From an uncultured Desulfosarcina sp. (GTDB taxonomy: Bacteria > Desulfobacterota > Desulfobacteria > Desulfobacterales > Desulfosarcinaceae), in the NCBI GenBank assembly GCA_963674945.2, contig CAXXWQ010000004.1, forward strand, positions 672,001-736,000: a DNA stretch of 64,000 nucleotides, written 5' to 3'. Both the position numbers and the translations under genes were made by a program. Below are positions 1 through 9,187 of this stretch, one piece after another. Every line of letters starts with the position of its first letter. Position 1 is the stretch's first letter. The notes under the pieces are model-generated. The model did not search any database, was not told the origin of the DNA, and saw only the letters and a list, made by a program, of their open reading frames with translations.

Positions 1-792
1 CTCTTCGATGAGGTAAAGCGCAAAAAATCCGGAAGGCGATCGGTCACCAGATCCGATACCGGGCGATATGTCAGGGCCGAGATACCCAAAGAGAGGGTTA
101 CGGATCTGGCCCTCGACGCTACCATCAGAGCCGCCGCACCCTATCAGCGTTCCCGAAAGGCCTCCGGCAATGAAAACATGGCTCTGTGTATCGAAAAACA
201 CGATTTGCGTCAGAAGATTCGTGAGAAAAAAATCGGGAATCTGATTATTTTCGTTCTCGATCACAGCGGATCCATGGCACGAGAGGTCGAAGCCACCAAG
301 GCTGCGATTCTCTCTCTCTTACTGGACGCCTACCAGCGGCGTGATCATATCGGGCTTGTCTACTTCGGCGGAATCGGGGCCGGACTCGTCCTGGCACCAA
401 CCAAGAGTGTGGACCTTGCACAGAAAAAACTTCCGGATTTGTATTTGGGCGGACGCTCACCATTGACCCATGGACTCGAAATAGCGCTCAGAGTGATAAA
501 GGAACAGACGCATCGCAAACAGGAATTGGTGCCCCTTCTGGTTCTTATCTCCGACGGGAAGGGAAACGTCAGCAGGTATGGCGGAAAACCCGAGGATGAA
601 GTCATGGTTGTCGCCAAAGAAATACGCGAAGCCAAGATCTGCTCCATCTGCATCGATACGGTAAGGAAGGGCGTTTTGGGGCCGATGATGGGAATTGCCA
701 AAGCAATGGATGCATTGTACCTGCATCCGGAAGATCTCAAAGCCGACGCCATAACCAGTGTGGTGAAAAACCAGTTGAGATACAAACGGTAA
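1..792 (+). CDS. Mg/Co-chelatase subunit D-like protein, C-terminal VWA domain (5'-partial)
   Basis: Frame 1 is open from base 1. It reads GRYVRA..DLALDATIRAAAPYQR (typical ChlD/BchD linker), followed by the VWA MIDAS-like motif FVLDHSGSM and LISDG. Confidence 0.85.
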   Translation, partial: LFDEVKRKKSGRRSVTRSDTGRYVRAEIPKERVTDLALDATIRAAAPYQRSRKASGNENMALCIEKHDLRQKIREKKIGNLIIFVLDHSGSMAREVEATKAAILSLLLDAYQRRDHIGLVYFGGIGAGLVLAPTKSVDLAQKKLPDLYLGGRSPLTHGLEIALRVIKEQTHRKQELVPLLVLISDGKGNVSRYGGKPEDEVMVVAKEIREAKICSICIDTVRKGVLGPMMGIAKAMDALYLHPEDLKADAITSVVKNQLRYKR

Positions 793-818
793 ATCTAAAC
801 AACAGATCAGGAAAAAAG

Positions 819-1358
819 ATGAAAAATCGTCAGGACCTTGAATCCGTATTCGAAAAATATGAAGTTACCGATTTCAAATGGATTAATCCAAAAGATATCG
901 TGACGGCACAATGGGTCAGATTCAAATGTATGTTCGGTTGCAAGAATTACGGAAGGCATGCATGCTGCCCTCCCAATGTACCCTCGGTTTCAGAGTGCAG
1001 GCAGTTGTTCGACGAATTTGAGATCGGTGTGATAATCCATTTTGATATCGCAATAGAGGATCCGGATGATCGGCACTTCTGGATAAATGAAACGAACCAG
1101 ACGCTGGTGTTTCTGGAAAGAGAAATCTTCTTGCGGGGATATCAGAAAGCGCTGCTTCTGTCTATCGATCCCTGTCTGTTATGCGAAAAGTGCAAGGCGA
1201 CCAGGAAGGCTTGTGTTAATCCCAGATTGGCGCGACCCACACCCGAGGCGATGGCTGTCGATGTTTATTCCACAGTCAGGAAATACGATTTCCCCATTGA
1301 AGTGCTCATCCATCAGTCACAGACCATGAATAGATATGCGATTTTACTTATCGAATAG
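819..1358 (+). CDS. DUF2284 predicted metal-binding protein
   Basis: KCMFGC..YG..ACCPP, PCLLCEKC..C..P..ARPTPEAMAVDVY pattern. Confidence 0.8.
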   Translation: MKNRQDLESVFEKYEVTDFKWINPKDIVTAQWVRFKCMFGCKNYGRHACCPPNVPSVSECRQLFDEFEIGVIIHFDIAIEDPDDRHFWINETNQTLVFLEREIFLRGYQKALLLSIDPCLLCEKCKATRKACVNPRLARPTPEAMAVDVYSTVRKYDFPIEVLIHQSQTMNRYAILLIE

Positions 1359-1419
1359 GCATTCGGGTTGCTTATAAAGGGTTGGTTCACATGGCAACAC
1401 CGCCGTTTTCATCCTTTCG

Positions 1420-2235
1420 TTATTCGCCGACAGGTAATTCCTGTCGAAGATTATCGCCCAGCAGCGGTTTTAAATTATCTTTCAGAAAAACGGGCACACC
1501 AAACTTATCCGCCGCCTCGACGATGGCATGCACCCATTCGATTTTAGGTGGATGATAGGGTTTCGTCTGGCTTCCAATGACAACCCAGTCTGCTTTTTGC
1601 ATGATGCCTTCACCATATCCCCCCGGTATTTCCATTACATCGGCAAGCAGTGGCTCGAAGGAGATAAATTTCACCTTTGCTTTCACCGCACCGTCAAAAT
1701 AGTACCAATAGGCGTGCCACGACGTTCGTTTATCACAGACAGTTGATCCCAACCAGCAGTTATCGGGGAGCGGTGACCACTTGGCAATGTTCCAAGGTAT
1801 CTTTGTGAGAAAATAAAAACGATGCTGAGGGTTGGCTCTGATAACGCGAAATACCTCCCTTTGCCAATCAGCAGGCACCCAATCACCAAAGAAATCACAC
1901 ATATTGCAAGCAAAGATACCTTTGGGTTTCGCCGTCCTCTGTCGATTGACGCTGGGTTTTCTCTCTTTGGCATTCCACGGTTTTATTTTTTCCAGTTCCT
2001 TTAACCGTTCAGGCCAGAACCGGGGATAAAACGGGTTTGCCAAATGCTTTTTGTGGTTCGGTTCATCGTCTGGAGGCAGATTGGTATTTGCCAGGAACCT
2101 GGATCGCAGTCGTCCATTGGCCAGTTTCCGTGCATAGCAGTATGCACATCCATTTAAACAACCCGTGATGGGATTCCAACTATAACCCTGGCTTCCATCA
2201 GGATTCTTGACCCACTCGACTTTCGTTCGATTCAT
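1420..2235 (-). CDS. DUF5131 (Gp37Gp68-like) radical-SAM-like protein
   Basis: SWNPITGCLNGCAYCYA, FLTK, KFISFEPLL, DWVVIG, VPVFLKDNL motifs. Confidence 0.85.
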   Translation of the reverse strand: MNRTKVEWVKNPDGSQGYSWNPITGCLNGCAYCYARKLANGRLRSRFLANTNLPPDDEPNHKKHLANPFYPRFWPERLKELEKIKPWNAKERKPSVNRQRTAKPKGIFACNMCDFFGDWVPADWQREVFRVIRANPQHRFYFLTKIPWNIAKWSPLPDNCWLGSTVCDKRTSWHAYWYYFDGAVKAKVKFISFEPLLADVMEIPGGYGEGIMQKADWVVIGSQTKPYHPPKIEWVHAIVEAADKFGVPVFLKDNLKPLLGDNLRQELPVGE

Positions 2236-2350
2236 TTTTTCTCCTCATCTCTGTTTCCACTTCTTTTTATAGACGGATTTGGCCTTTTATGATTTTTTAC
2301 CTGCCTTAACAAGAATGTCCTTTTTTCTACCTACCCTATTTTGCTGTTTG

Positions 2351-2478
2351 GTGTCTATCCAGAAATCGGCTAATTTTGTTCGAGATCTCCAGCGAGAATC
2401 CCGGCGTGGCAAGGGCACGCACGAGTAATTTTTGATTTAAGACAACCGAAGTCAGAACCTTTGGCGTATGGATGGCAC
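2351..2478. repeat. Possible degenerate MITE-like element with imperfect terminal inverted repeats
   Basis: GTGTCTATCCA (2351-2361) and TGGATGGCAC (2469-2478) are imperfectly complementary and bound about 128 bp of intergenic DNA. Only one copy is seen in this window. Confidence 0.3.
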
Positions 2479-2616
2479 ATATTTCGAGTTGACAGATTGT
2501 CTTTGTTTGTATAGTAACAATTATTTTAACTATTTTTTATTATTAATTCAATATGTTCTTTACATTTTTCGTTCCCCTTCTGAGAACAAATTGCTTCTAT
2601 TTCAAAGGAGATTACA

Positions 2617-3123
2617 ATGGCGGATTTTTCGGACTTCGCGGATATGATGTCACGTTCAATTAACAATGGTGGCGGGTGTGCCGTTGGCGTCGCCTGGGAC
2701 ATCAATTCCGGTTGCGAGGTGTATGTTAGAAACCAGGCTCCTTTTGGCGTTGATACGCCCATCCAACACGGTGGTCGCGGAATAAAACCCTGCCCCCATG
2801 AACTTCTTTTGTCTGCTGTGGGAAGCTGCTTTATTGGAACATTTCAGGTTTTTCAAAGCCAGCTTCGTGTGGAGATCGTTGATATTCGGACCTTTGTAAC
2901 AGGCTGCCTTGAATTGGGGACAGAAGGCGAGAACGAAAGCAAGTACGATTTGTCCGGAATCGATGTGTTTGTTAAGGTCAAGGTCAAAGGTGAAGATGAA
3001 TTTGACAAAGAAATCGTGGGAGATATCCTGAGGATGACGAAAAACCATTGCCCGACGACGCGGGCGTTGGCGAAAGCCTGCCCGATAAACATTATCAGCG
3101 AAATCGAAATGACGCCCGAATGA
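2617..3123 (+). CDS. OsmC/Ohr-family protein
   Basis: GG.G..PCP.ELL..AVGSCF and HCPT motifs; RBS AAGGAG; close paralogue at 29908-30405. Confidence 0.85.
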   Translation: MADFSDFADMMSRSINNGGGCAVGVAWDINSGCEVYVRNQAPFGVDTPIQHGGRGIKPCPHELLLSAVGSCFIGTFQVFQSQLRVEIVDIRTFVTGCLELGTEGENESKYDLSGIDVFVKVKVKGEDEFDKEIVGDILRMTKNHCPTTRALAKACPINIISEIEMTPE

Positions 3124-3141
3124 TTGGATAATGTAACGAAT

Positions 3142-3675
3142 ATGAACCATTCTTCATCTTTGGTAAGAGAAAAATTGTCCGACCTCGTTCGGCAATGGCA
3201 AGTCGATGGAACTCCTTCAAAGTACGCGTTTGAATTCATTGTTTCCGACCTGTTCGAATGGAGACAGGAGCGCCGCATTTCTTCAGGTCTATGGATCGAT
3301 CCACCAACGATGATTACCGCCACTCTCGATGATTTTGTCGGTCAAGGCATCGAAACCATCGAATTTTTTGCAAAATTCGCCGGAATGGAAGTGACGTCCC
3401 TTGGCGTTATGCAGCCTGCCGAGACAATCGTCGAGAAATGCTCAGAGCAACGTCCAACACTTCTCGGACTGACGGTTCTGCGGACATTCGCATTCGAAGA
3501 TCTGATATACATCGGCCAGAATATTCCCTCAAGCACGCTTCTCATCGTCGGGGGAGGACCTTGCCTGCAATCTGAACCGGAAATCGCCACGCAAGCCAAT
3601 TTGCACTTGGTTGCCAAGGATGTTAAGGACTTCATTGAATTCATGTTGAATTTCCAACCCACGAAATTTTCGTGA
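3142..3675 (+). CDS. Cobalamin-binding-domain-like protein lacking the DxHxxG histidine
   Basis: ATLDDFVGQG, GMEVTSLG, LLGLTVL, LIVGGG Rossmann-like pattern. The start is moved from TTG 3124 to ATG 3142 as an inference. Confidence 0.65.
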   Translation: MNHSSSLVREKLSDLVRQWQVDGTPSKYAFEFIVSDLFEWRQERRISSGLWIDPPTMITATLDDFVGQGIETIEFFAKFAGMEVTSLGVMQPAETIVEKCSEQRPTLLGLTVLRTFAFEDLIYIGQNIPSSTLLIVGGGPCLQSEPEIATQANLHLVAKDVKDFIEFMLNFQPTKFS

Positions 3676-3710
3676 TTGTAATCTTTTTCATATTCTTTGA
3701 GAGGTGATAG

Positions 3711-4115
3711 ATGGTTGAAATCTATACCAACGGTAGCTGCTTGAGCAATCGCGGTCCAGGCGGCTGGGCTGCAATTATCGTAACGGAAAAAGGCAGGGCG
3801 GTTCTTAAGGGTAGCGCACAGGAAACGACAATCAATCGGATAGAATTAACTGCGGCCCTCGAAGGTCTGGCGTGCGCGCTTCCAAAATCCGATGTTCGTC
3901 TTCACACCAACAGCCAGTATCTTCGGCAAATCCTGACCCAAGAGAAAGAACGTGACGACAACCTCGATCTTTGGAAAAACATGGACCGGATGCTGCGAAG
4001 ACGCGCGGTAGAGTGGATTTGGGCGCAAGGGCCCGACAAGCAAGCGGAGGATGATAACGCCGCGGAAATTGCAGTATCGATGATTCCCGAAAGCCCGGGG
4101 GCGCAGGAAACGTAG
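3711..4115 (+). CDS. RNase HI-fold protein, probably catalytically inactive
   Basis: EIYTNGSCLSNRGPGGW, TTINRIELTAA, HTNSQY, NLDLW match RNase HI, but two catalytic Asp positions are Asn. Confidence 0.8.
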   Translation: MVEIYTNGSCLSNRGPGGWAAIIVTEKGRAVLKGSAQETTINRIELTAALEGLACALPKSDVRLHTNSQYLRQILTQEKERDDNLDLWKNMDRMLRRRAVEWIWAQGPDKQAEDDNAAEIAVSMIPESPGAQET

Positions 4116-4180
4116 CCACCGCCTTCTACCGCCCCCTTTATGGAAATTTGGAAATGGTAACAGTGACGCAATAACCATAC

Positions 4181-4230
4181 AAAAAACCCCCTAATCAACG
4201 ATACGAATGGTTGGCATTAGGGGGCCTTTT
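4181..4230 (-). terminator. Rho-independent terminator for the FadL gene, possibly bidirectional
   Basis: CCCCTAAT...ATTAGGGG stem with an A6 tract on the left (U-tract on the minus strand). Confidence 0.6.
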
Positions 4231-4257
4231 CACCGATGAAATGATAACTGGCCGTAA

Positions 4258-5508
4258 TTAAAAACTTATATTGAAACCTAAGGCGAATGTCTGAATATTC
4301 TGTTTCAGTTTTTGTGTAGATCCAAGAGAGCCTTCAGGGTTTACGACTTCGTCGTCCCACATGTAAATATAGGCAACCGTCACATCGAGTGTCGGCTTGA
4401 AATAGTAGGTAGCGCCGAATCCAACGGAATATGAATCGATTTTAGCACTCACGTCGGTTTGCAATTCATCCGGCATTCCTTTTTTGGAATAGAGATATCC
4501 AATACTTGTCAGCAATTTGTCCGGCACTGCGGCATACTCGATGCCGACACCGGCTTCCCATCCATTCTCGATACCAGGCCCCCTCTCATCGGACCAGTCT
4601 GTCCCCTCATTATAATAAAAGATGAAACTGGTCTCGACTCTCCACCGCCGCGTAATATCGTAAGACACCCCAAGTGCAAAATCCTGCGGGATCGTATTGT
4701 CCGCTTTTTGTCCATCTCGTTCTGCAAAAGCACCATAAAGATCTTTGCCATCGTGAATCTCTTGTTCCAGCTCCATTTTCGTATAGTACGAATACCGAAG
4801 GCCGATATTCAACTCTTGAGTTGGTGCGATATTCGCGCTAAGTACGAATCCAAGGCAGTCTCCGGACAGCGTCATATCAAGTTCTTCGGTGGGTTGCTCC
4901 ACACCATTGAGAAACGGCGTTATCGTTGCGGAATTACCGCCGAAGGTGTAGACATAACGCAATTGACCGGCGACGGAAAACATGTCGTTGATGGCATACG
5001 CCGCGCCGACTGAAAAGCCGGCTCCGGCAAAATAGCCGCTAAATTCAGATTTCGCGTCATCGCCCCCCCCAAGTGCAATTCCGATAAAGTCGGAGAATGG
5101 AAGTCCATCTTCGTGTGTGCCGGTACCGCCGCCGGTTATTAAATCGAAACCGAACATGTAGGCCAGGTCGTCTTTTTTATGGGCGATGTGTAAATTGGGA
5201 AACACGGGGGATACTACGTAGGATGAATATTCGTCGCGATTCAGCAAGGGATTGTTATCATGAAACCAGAATTTCTTGTAAGTCGACTGGTTACTGAATC
5301 CGATATGGGTACCATCTGTCAACTTCACCGTTCCCGCGGGATTGAAAAAAACTGCGTCGACGCCGGTCGATGCATATCTGTTCAACGTCCTGATCCATTC
5401 AGGACTTTGGTTGGGGTTTGAAACGATGCCGCCGGGCCCTGCCGCAAAAAGGTCTGTGGCAATGAACAATGCAAAAAGAGCCGCCGGTATTAGAACTTTT
5501 TTGAACAT
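4258..5508 (-). CDS. OmpP1/FadL/TodX family outer-membrane transporter
   Basis: Signal peptide, DAVFFNPAG motif, amphipathic beta-strands, C-terminal Phe. Confidence 0.85.
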   Translation of the reverse strand: MFKKVLIPAALFALFIATDLFAAGPGGIVSNPNQSPEWIRTLNRYASTGVDAVFFNPAGTVKLTDGTHIGFSNQSTYKKFWFHDNNPLLNRDEYSSYVVSPVFPNLHIAHKKDDLAYMFGFDLITGGGTGTHEDGLPFSDFIGIALGGGDDAKSEFSGYFAGAGFSVGAAYAINDMFSVAGQLRYVYTFGGNSATITPFLNGVEQPTEELDMTLSGDCLGFVLSANIAPTQELNIGLRYSYYTKMELEQEIHDGKDLYGAFAERDGQKADNTIPQDFALGVSYDITRRWRVETSFIFYYNEGTDWSDERGPGIENGWEAGVGIEYAAVPDKLLTSIGYLYSKKGMPDELQTDVSAKIDSYSVGFGATYYFKPTLDVTVAYIYMWDDEVVNPEGSLGSTQKLKQNIQTFALGFNISF

Positions 5509-6026
5509 ACGATCTCTCCCTTTCTATCTCTAATCAAATCGTAAAAAAAGACGTCGGCATGCGTTTTTTACAATCGAACAATAAATAATCTTAAAATTGT
5601 CACAGTACCGAAAATCTGATATTTTGACCTTTTGGAGGATGCCGTGTATCCTTTTGCAAAAAATTAATTTAAAAACAGTTCATTACAATCCAGTTGCCAT
5701 AAGAGAAGAATCATTAGCAGTTCAGAAATATTGTGTCAAGCGGTTTGGTTCTCACACTTGCGGAGATGAGCTATCGAACGCTGATGGGAGGGAAATACTG
5801 AAGCGAGAAAAAGGAAGATGTGTCTTACTAATTTCTCGGCAAGGATTGTGCCATAAATAGGGATGTCACAAAAAAACGAGAGTCATTGGGAAAGACACTC
5901 GTCTGGCTTGACTTCGAACATTTCATGGTGCTCAACGTTGAATCGAATTCTCATTTCCAATCTTCTGAATAGCAGAATGACACTTTTTCAATTTGAATTT
6001 ACGGATGAGGATCCTCTTTTTTCTTT

Positions 6027-6911
6027 TTACACATATTGTTCTTTGAGAAGTTCTCCTGATTTGTAGGAGCTTCGAACAAAGGGCGCCGATGCGATGGCAC
6101 GGAATCCCATTTTTTTGCCTTCGGCTTCCAGTTCTTGGAATTCCTCCGGGGGAATGAACCTTACGACCGGGGCATGATTTTCCGATGGACGCAGATATTG
6201 ACCGATGGTGAGAAAATCACAGTCGACGCGCCGTAGATCTTCCATTACGGCAAGAAGCTCCTGCCTGGTTTCACCCAGCCCGACCATCAGCCCTGACTTG
6301 GTGATCACCTCTTTTTCCATCTGCTTGACATCGGAAAGGATTGTGAGAGATCGCCGGTAGTTGGCCTTTGGTCGCACTTCCTGATACAGACGGGGTATGG
6401 TCTCCAGGTTGTGGTTGAAAACATCCGGCTTTTCTCCAGCTACCATTTCCACGGATTCTTTGGACCCTTGAAAATCCGGTACCAGCACTTCGACGGTTAT
6501 CTTTTTTCCGATTTCGCGAATGGCGCGGATGGTCCGGACAAAGTGATCCGCCCCGCCATCCGGCAAATCATCCCTTGTCACGGATGTGACCACCACATGG
6601 GCCAGCCCCAACTCATACGATGCCGTTGCGATCCGCTCCGGTTCATCCGGGTCCAGGAGCCCGGGACATCCGCCCTCTACCGCACAGAACCGGCAGTTCC
6701 GGGTGCAGACGTCGCCCATGATCATGAAGGTGGCCGTTCTCTTGGAAAAACACTCACTTTGATTGGGGCAAAGGGCGCTCTGGCACACGGTGTGAAGTTT
6801 AAGCCGCGAAAGGGTCCGGCGCACCTCATTAAAATGCTTGCCCTGGCAGATTGGTCTGACCAGCCAGCCCGGCAATCGTTGCGATTGATCTTGTAACGTA
6901 TCTCGATCCAT
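6027..6911 (-). CDS. lipA: Lipoyl synthase
   Basis: CQSALCPNQSEC (CX4CX5C), CTRNCRFC (CX3CX2C), VRSSY motifs. Confidence 0.97.
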   Translation of the reverse strand: MDRDTLQDQSQRLPGWLVRPICQGKHFNEVRRTLSRLKLHTVCQSALCPNQSECFSKRTATFMIMGDVCTRNCRFCAVEGGCPGLLDPDEPERIATASYELGLAHVVVTSVTRDDLPDGGADHFVRTIRAIREIGKKITVEVLVPDFQGSKESVEMVAGEKPDVFNHNLETIPRLYQEVRPKANYRRSLTILSDVKQMEKEVITKSGLMVGLGETRQELLAVMEDLRRVDCDFLTIGQYLRPSENHAPVVRFIPPEEFQELEAEGKKMGFRAIASAPFVRSSYKSGELLKEQYV

Positions 6912-6913
6912 AT

Positions 6914-7735
6914 CTATCCTGCCTTTAACGGGGCAGTGGGATTGTACTTCTCTTCGAGCAATGTCCTGCTTACATCTTCCTCATATGAAGATAAGGTATC
7001 TTCGAAGAATCGAATCCCAAACGCGTCTTGAAAACCCTGGAAAAGGGCTTCTTTCATCTCTTGCCGGTCGACCTTCCTGCCTAACAATTCGGTAATGCCG
7101 GTGGCTCTTTTTCTGAATACGGCCACTGCCCTTTCCCTTCTCTTGCTGGAAGAGAAATTCAAAACGGAAAAGATAAGTGGCACATCGAGGGTGATGGGAA
7201 GCGAGCCGTGTTGCAGCAGCACATCGCCCCTTCGGTACTGTGCGCTTCCAGCCACCTTTCGGCCCCGACACGTCAGATCGCCGAAGCTGGCAGCATTAAA
7301 ACAGGCTGCCGGGGCAGAATCTTCGCGATGGGGGGCGAGGCTGACATCCAGACCCAAAATCTTGTATGCGGCGATCAGTCCCTGACTGATTGCCTTATAA
7401 GATTTTGATACGCCATAGGGGAAACCACACTTTCCGGAAGCCACGACGCTGTAAGTGACTTCATCTTTATGCAAAACAGATCGCCCACCGGTTGCCCGGC
7501 GGACGATGTCGATGCCGTTTTCAAGACATTTCTGCTCGTCGATATCCTTTTTTATATTCTGAAAGTAGCCCACTGTCAGCGCAGCGGGCTCCCACTCGTA
7601 TACCCGCAACGTCGGCGGCGTCATGTCCAGTTCATGGACGCGAAACATCGCCTCGTCGATCGCCATATTGGTGAATCCATCGTTGATTCCAGTGTCGATA
7701 AAACGCCATTTCGTCTGCAGTGCTTTTTGAACCAT
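6914..7735 (-). CDS. Lipoate-protein ligase A family / octanoyltransferase (LipM-like, single domain)
   Basis: NMAIDEA, VRRATGGRSVLH, EVTYS, KVAGSAQ, LQHGS motifs. Confidence 0.9.
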   Translation of the reverse strand: MVQKALQTKWRFIDTGINDGFTNMAIDEAMFRVHELDMTPPTLRVYEWEPAALTVGYFQNIKKDIDEQKCLENGIDIVRRATGGRSVLHKDEVTYSVVASGKCGFPYGVSKSYKAISQGLIAAYKILGLDVSLAPHREDSAPAACFNAASFGDLTCRGRKVAGSAQYRRGDVLLQHGSLPITLDVPLIFSVLNFSSSKRRERAVAVFRKRATGITELLGRKVDRQEMKEALFQGFQDAFGIRFFEDTLSSYEEDVSRTLLEEKYNPTAPLKAG

Positions 7736-7796
7736 GGTGTTATCTTCTGTGTACCAACAGGCTTTCGGGTTTCCTGTTCGCTCCTTTTGTGAAATC

Positions 7797-9182
7797 CTAC
7801 GATGTATGAATCGCCTTTCCCAAGGCGGCTTCTGCCGCTTCCATGATGCCTTCCGCCAATGTCGGGTGGGCGTGAATCGTCGCGCCGATCTGTTCGGCGG
7901 TCAGGCCCCATCTTACCGCCAGGGCCACTTCGGCGATCAGGTCTGTGGCGTGAGGGCCTAAAATCTGTGCGCCGAGAACACGTTCGGTGCCTTCCTCCAC
8001 CACCACCTGCACGAATCCCACATCCTCGCCAATGGTCAGCGCCTTTCCGCAAGCGGCAAAGGGAAATTTGCCGATCTTGACTTTCTTGCCGGCCGCTTCG
8101 GCCTTGGCCATGGTCAGGCCCACGCTGGCCACTTCCGGTGTGGTGTAGACGCAGGCCGGCACGGCGCTGTAGTCCATGGTTGACGCATGACCCGCGGCGT
8201 TTTCCGCGGCCACGATTCCCTCGTCCGAGGCCACATGGGCCAGCATGATTCCGCCCACCGCATCGCCAATGGCATAAATGCCGGAAACATTGGTTTCCAT
8301 TTTGTCGTTAACGATAATATTGCCTGCCGGGCCCATCTCGACGCCCAGCTCTTCCAGCCCCATGCCGGAGGTGCAAGGCCGCCTGCCGATGGAGACCAGC
8401 ATCTTTTCGGCAACGATTTCGTCACCGGTGCTCAAGGCGGCGGTGATTCCATCCGGGCGGTACTCTTTGATTCCTTCCACCTTGGTCTCCAGGTGGAATA
8501 CCACTCCCCTTCGTTCCAGAATTCGCTGCATCTGGTCCGCAACACTTTTCTCTTCCAGCGGCAAGGCCTGGTTCATCATCTCCACGACGGTGATTTTGGT
8601 TCCCAGGGAGCTGAAAACACAGGCGAACTCAAGGCCGATGACGCCTGCCCCGACAATGAGAAGGCTCTTGGGCGGCGCTTCGAGTTTCAGTGCCTCGTCA
8701 CTGGTGATCACCGCTTCCTGAGTATAATCGAAAAACGGGGGTTTGGCTACAACAGAACCCGTTGCGATGATGATCTTTTCGGCCTCGATCTCCTGGGTCC
8801 CTTTCTTGCCTTCCACCCTGACCCTGTTGGAATCAAGCAGTGTCGCGGTTCCTTTGATGGATTTGATCTTGTTTGCCTTGAGAAGCATCTTAATGCCCTG
8901 ACGAAGCTCGCCCACCACCTGCTTTTTGCGCTCCATCATTTGAGAAAAGTTGGGCTTGACGTCCCCGACCTCGACACCGAATTCCTTGGCGTCTCTTATG
9001 ATGTCGAGGATATGAGTGGAAGCCAACAGGCACTTGGTGGGAATACAACCACGATTCAAGCATGTACCACCCACCGCCTTTTTTTCCACCAGCGCCACAC
9101 TGGCGCCAAGTTGCGCTGCCCTGATGGCGGCTACATACCCTCCAGGGCCTCCGCCGATAACGAGTACTTGCACTTTTTCCAT
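7797..9182 (-). CDS. lpdA: Dihydrolipoamide dehydrogenase (E3/L-protein)
   Basis: GGGPGGYVAAIRAAQLG, GGTCLNRGCIPTK, HAHPTLAE motifs. Confidence 0.97.
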   Translation of the reverse strand: MEKVQVLVIGGGPGGYVAAIRAAQLGASVALVEKKAVGGTCLNRGCIPTKCLLASTHILDIIRDAKEFGVEVGDVKPNFSQMMERKKQVVGELRQGIKMLLKANKIKSIKGTATLLDSNRVRVEGKKGTQEIEAEKIIIATGSVVAKPPFFDYTQEAVITSDEALKLEAPPKSLLIVGAGVIGLEFACVFSSLGTKITVVEMMNQALPLEEKSVADQMQRILERRGVVFHLETKVEGIKEYRPDGITAALSTGDEIVAEKMLVSIGRRPCTSGMGLEELGVEMGPAGNIIVNDKMETNVSGIYAIGDAVGGIMLAHVASDEGIVAAENAAGHASTMDYSAVPACVYTTPEVASVGLTMAKAEAAGKKVKIGKFPFAACGKALTIGEDVGFVQVVVEEGTERVLGAQILGPHATDLIAEVALAVRWGLTAEQIGATIHAHPTLAEGIMEAAEAALGKAIHTS

Positions 9183-9187
9183 AAATC

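Noticed and set aside
1420..2235. Prophage, suggested by the Gp37Gp68-like gene
   Set aside because: No integrase, structural or other phage genes lie nearby.
3121..3126. OsmC ORF ends in TGA and the next ORF continues in the same frame, suggesting a Sec read-through fusion
   Set aside because: The paralogue at 29908-30405 ends at the equivalent position with TAA, no Cys aligns there, and no SECIS-like hairpin is evident.
5597..6066. Short ORFs in the lipA-fadL intergenic region
   Set aside because: AT-rich, with no recognisable motif or convincing RBS.
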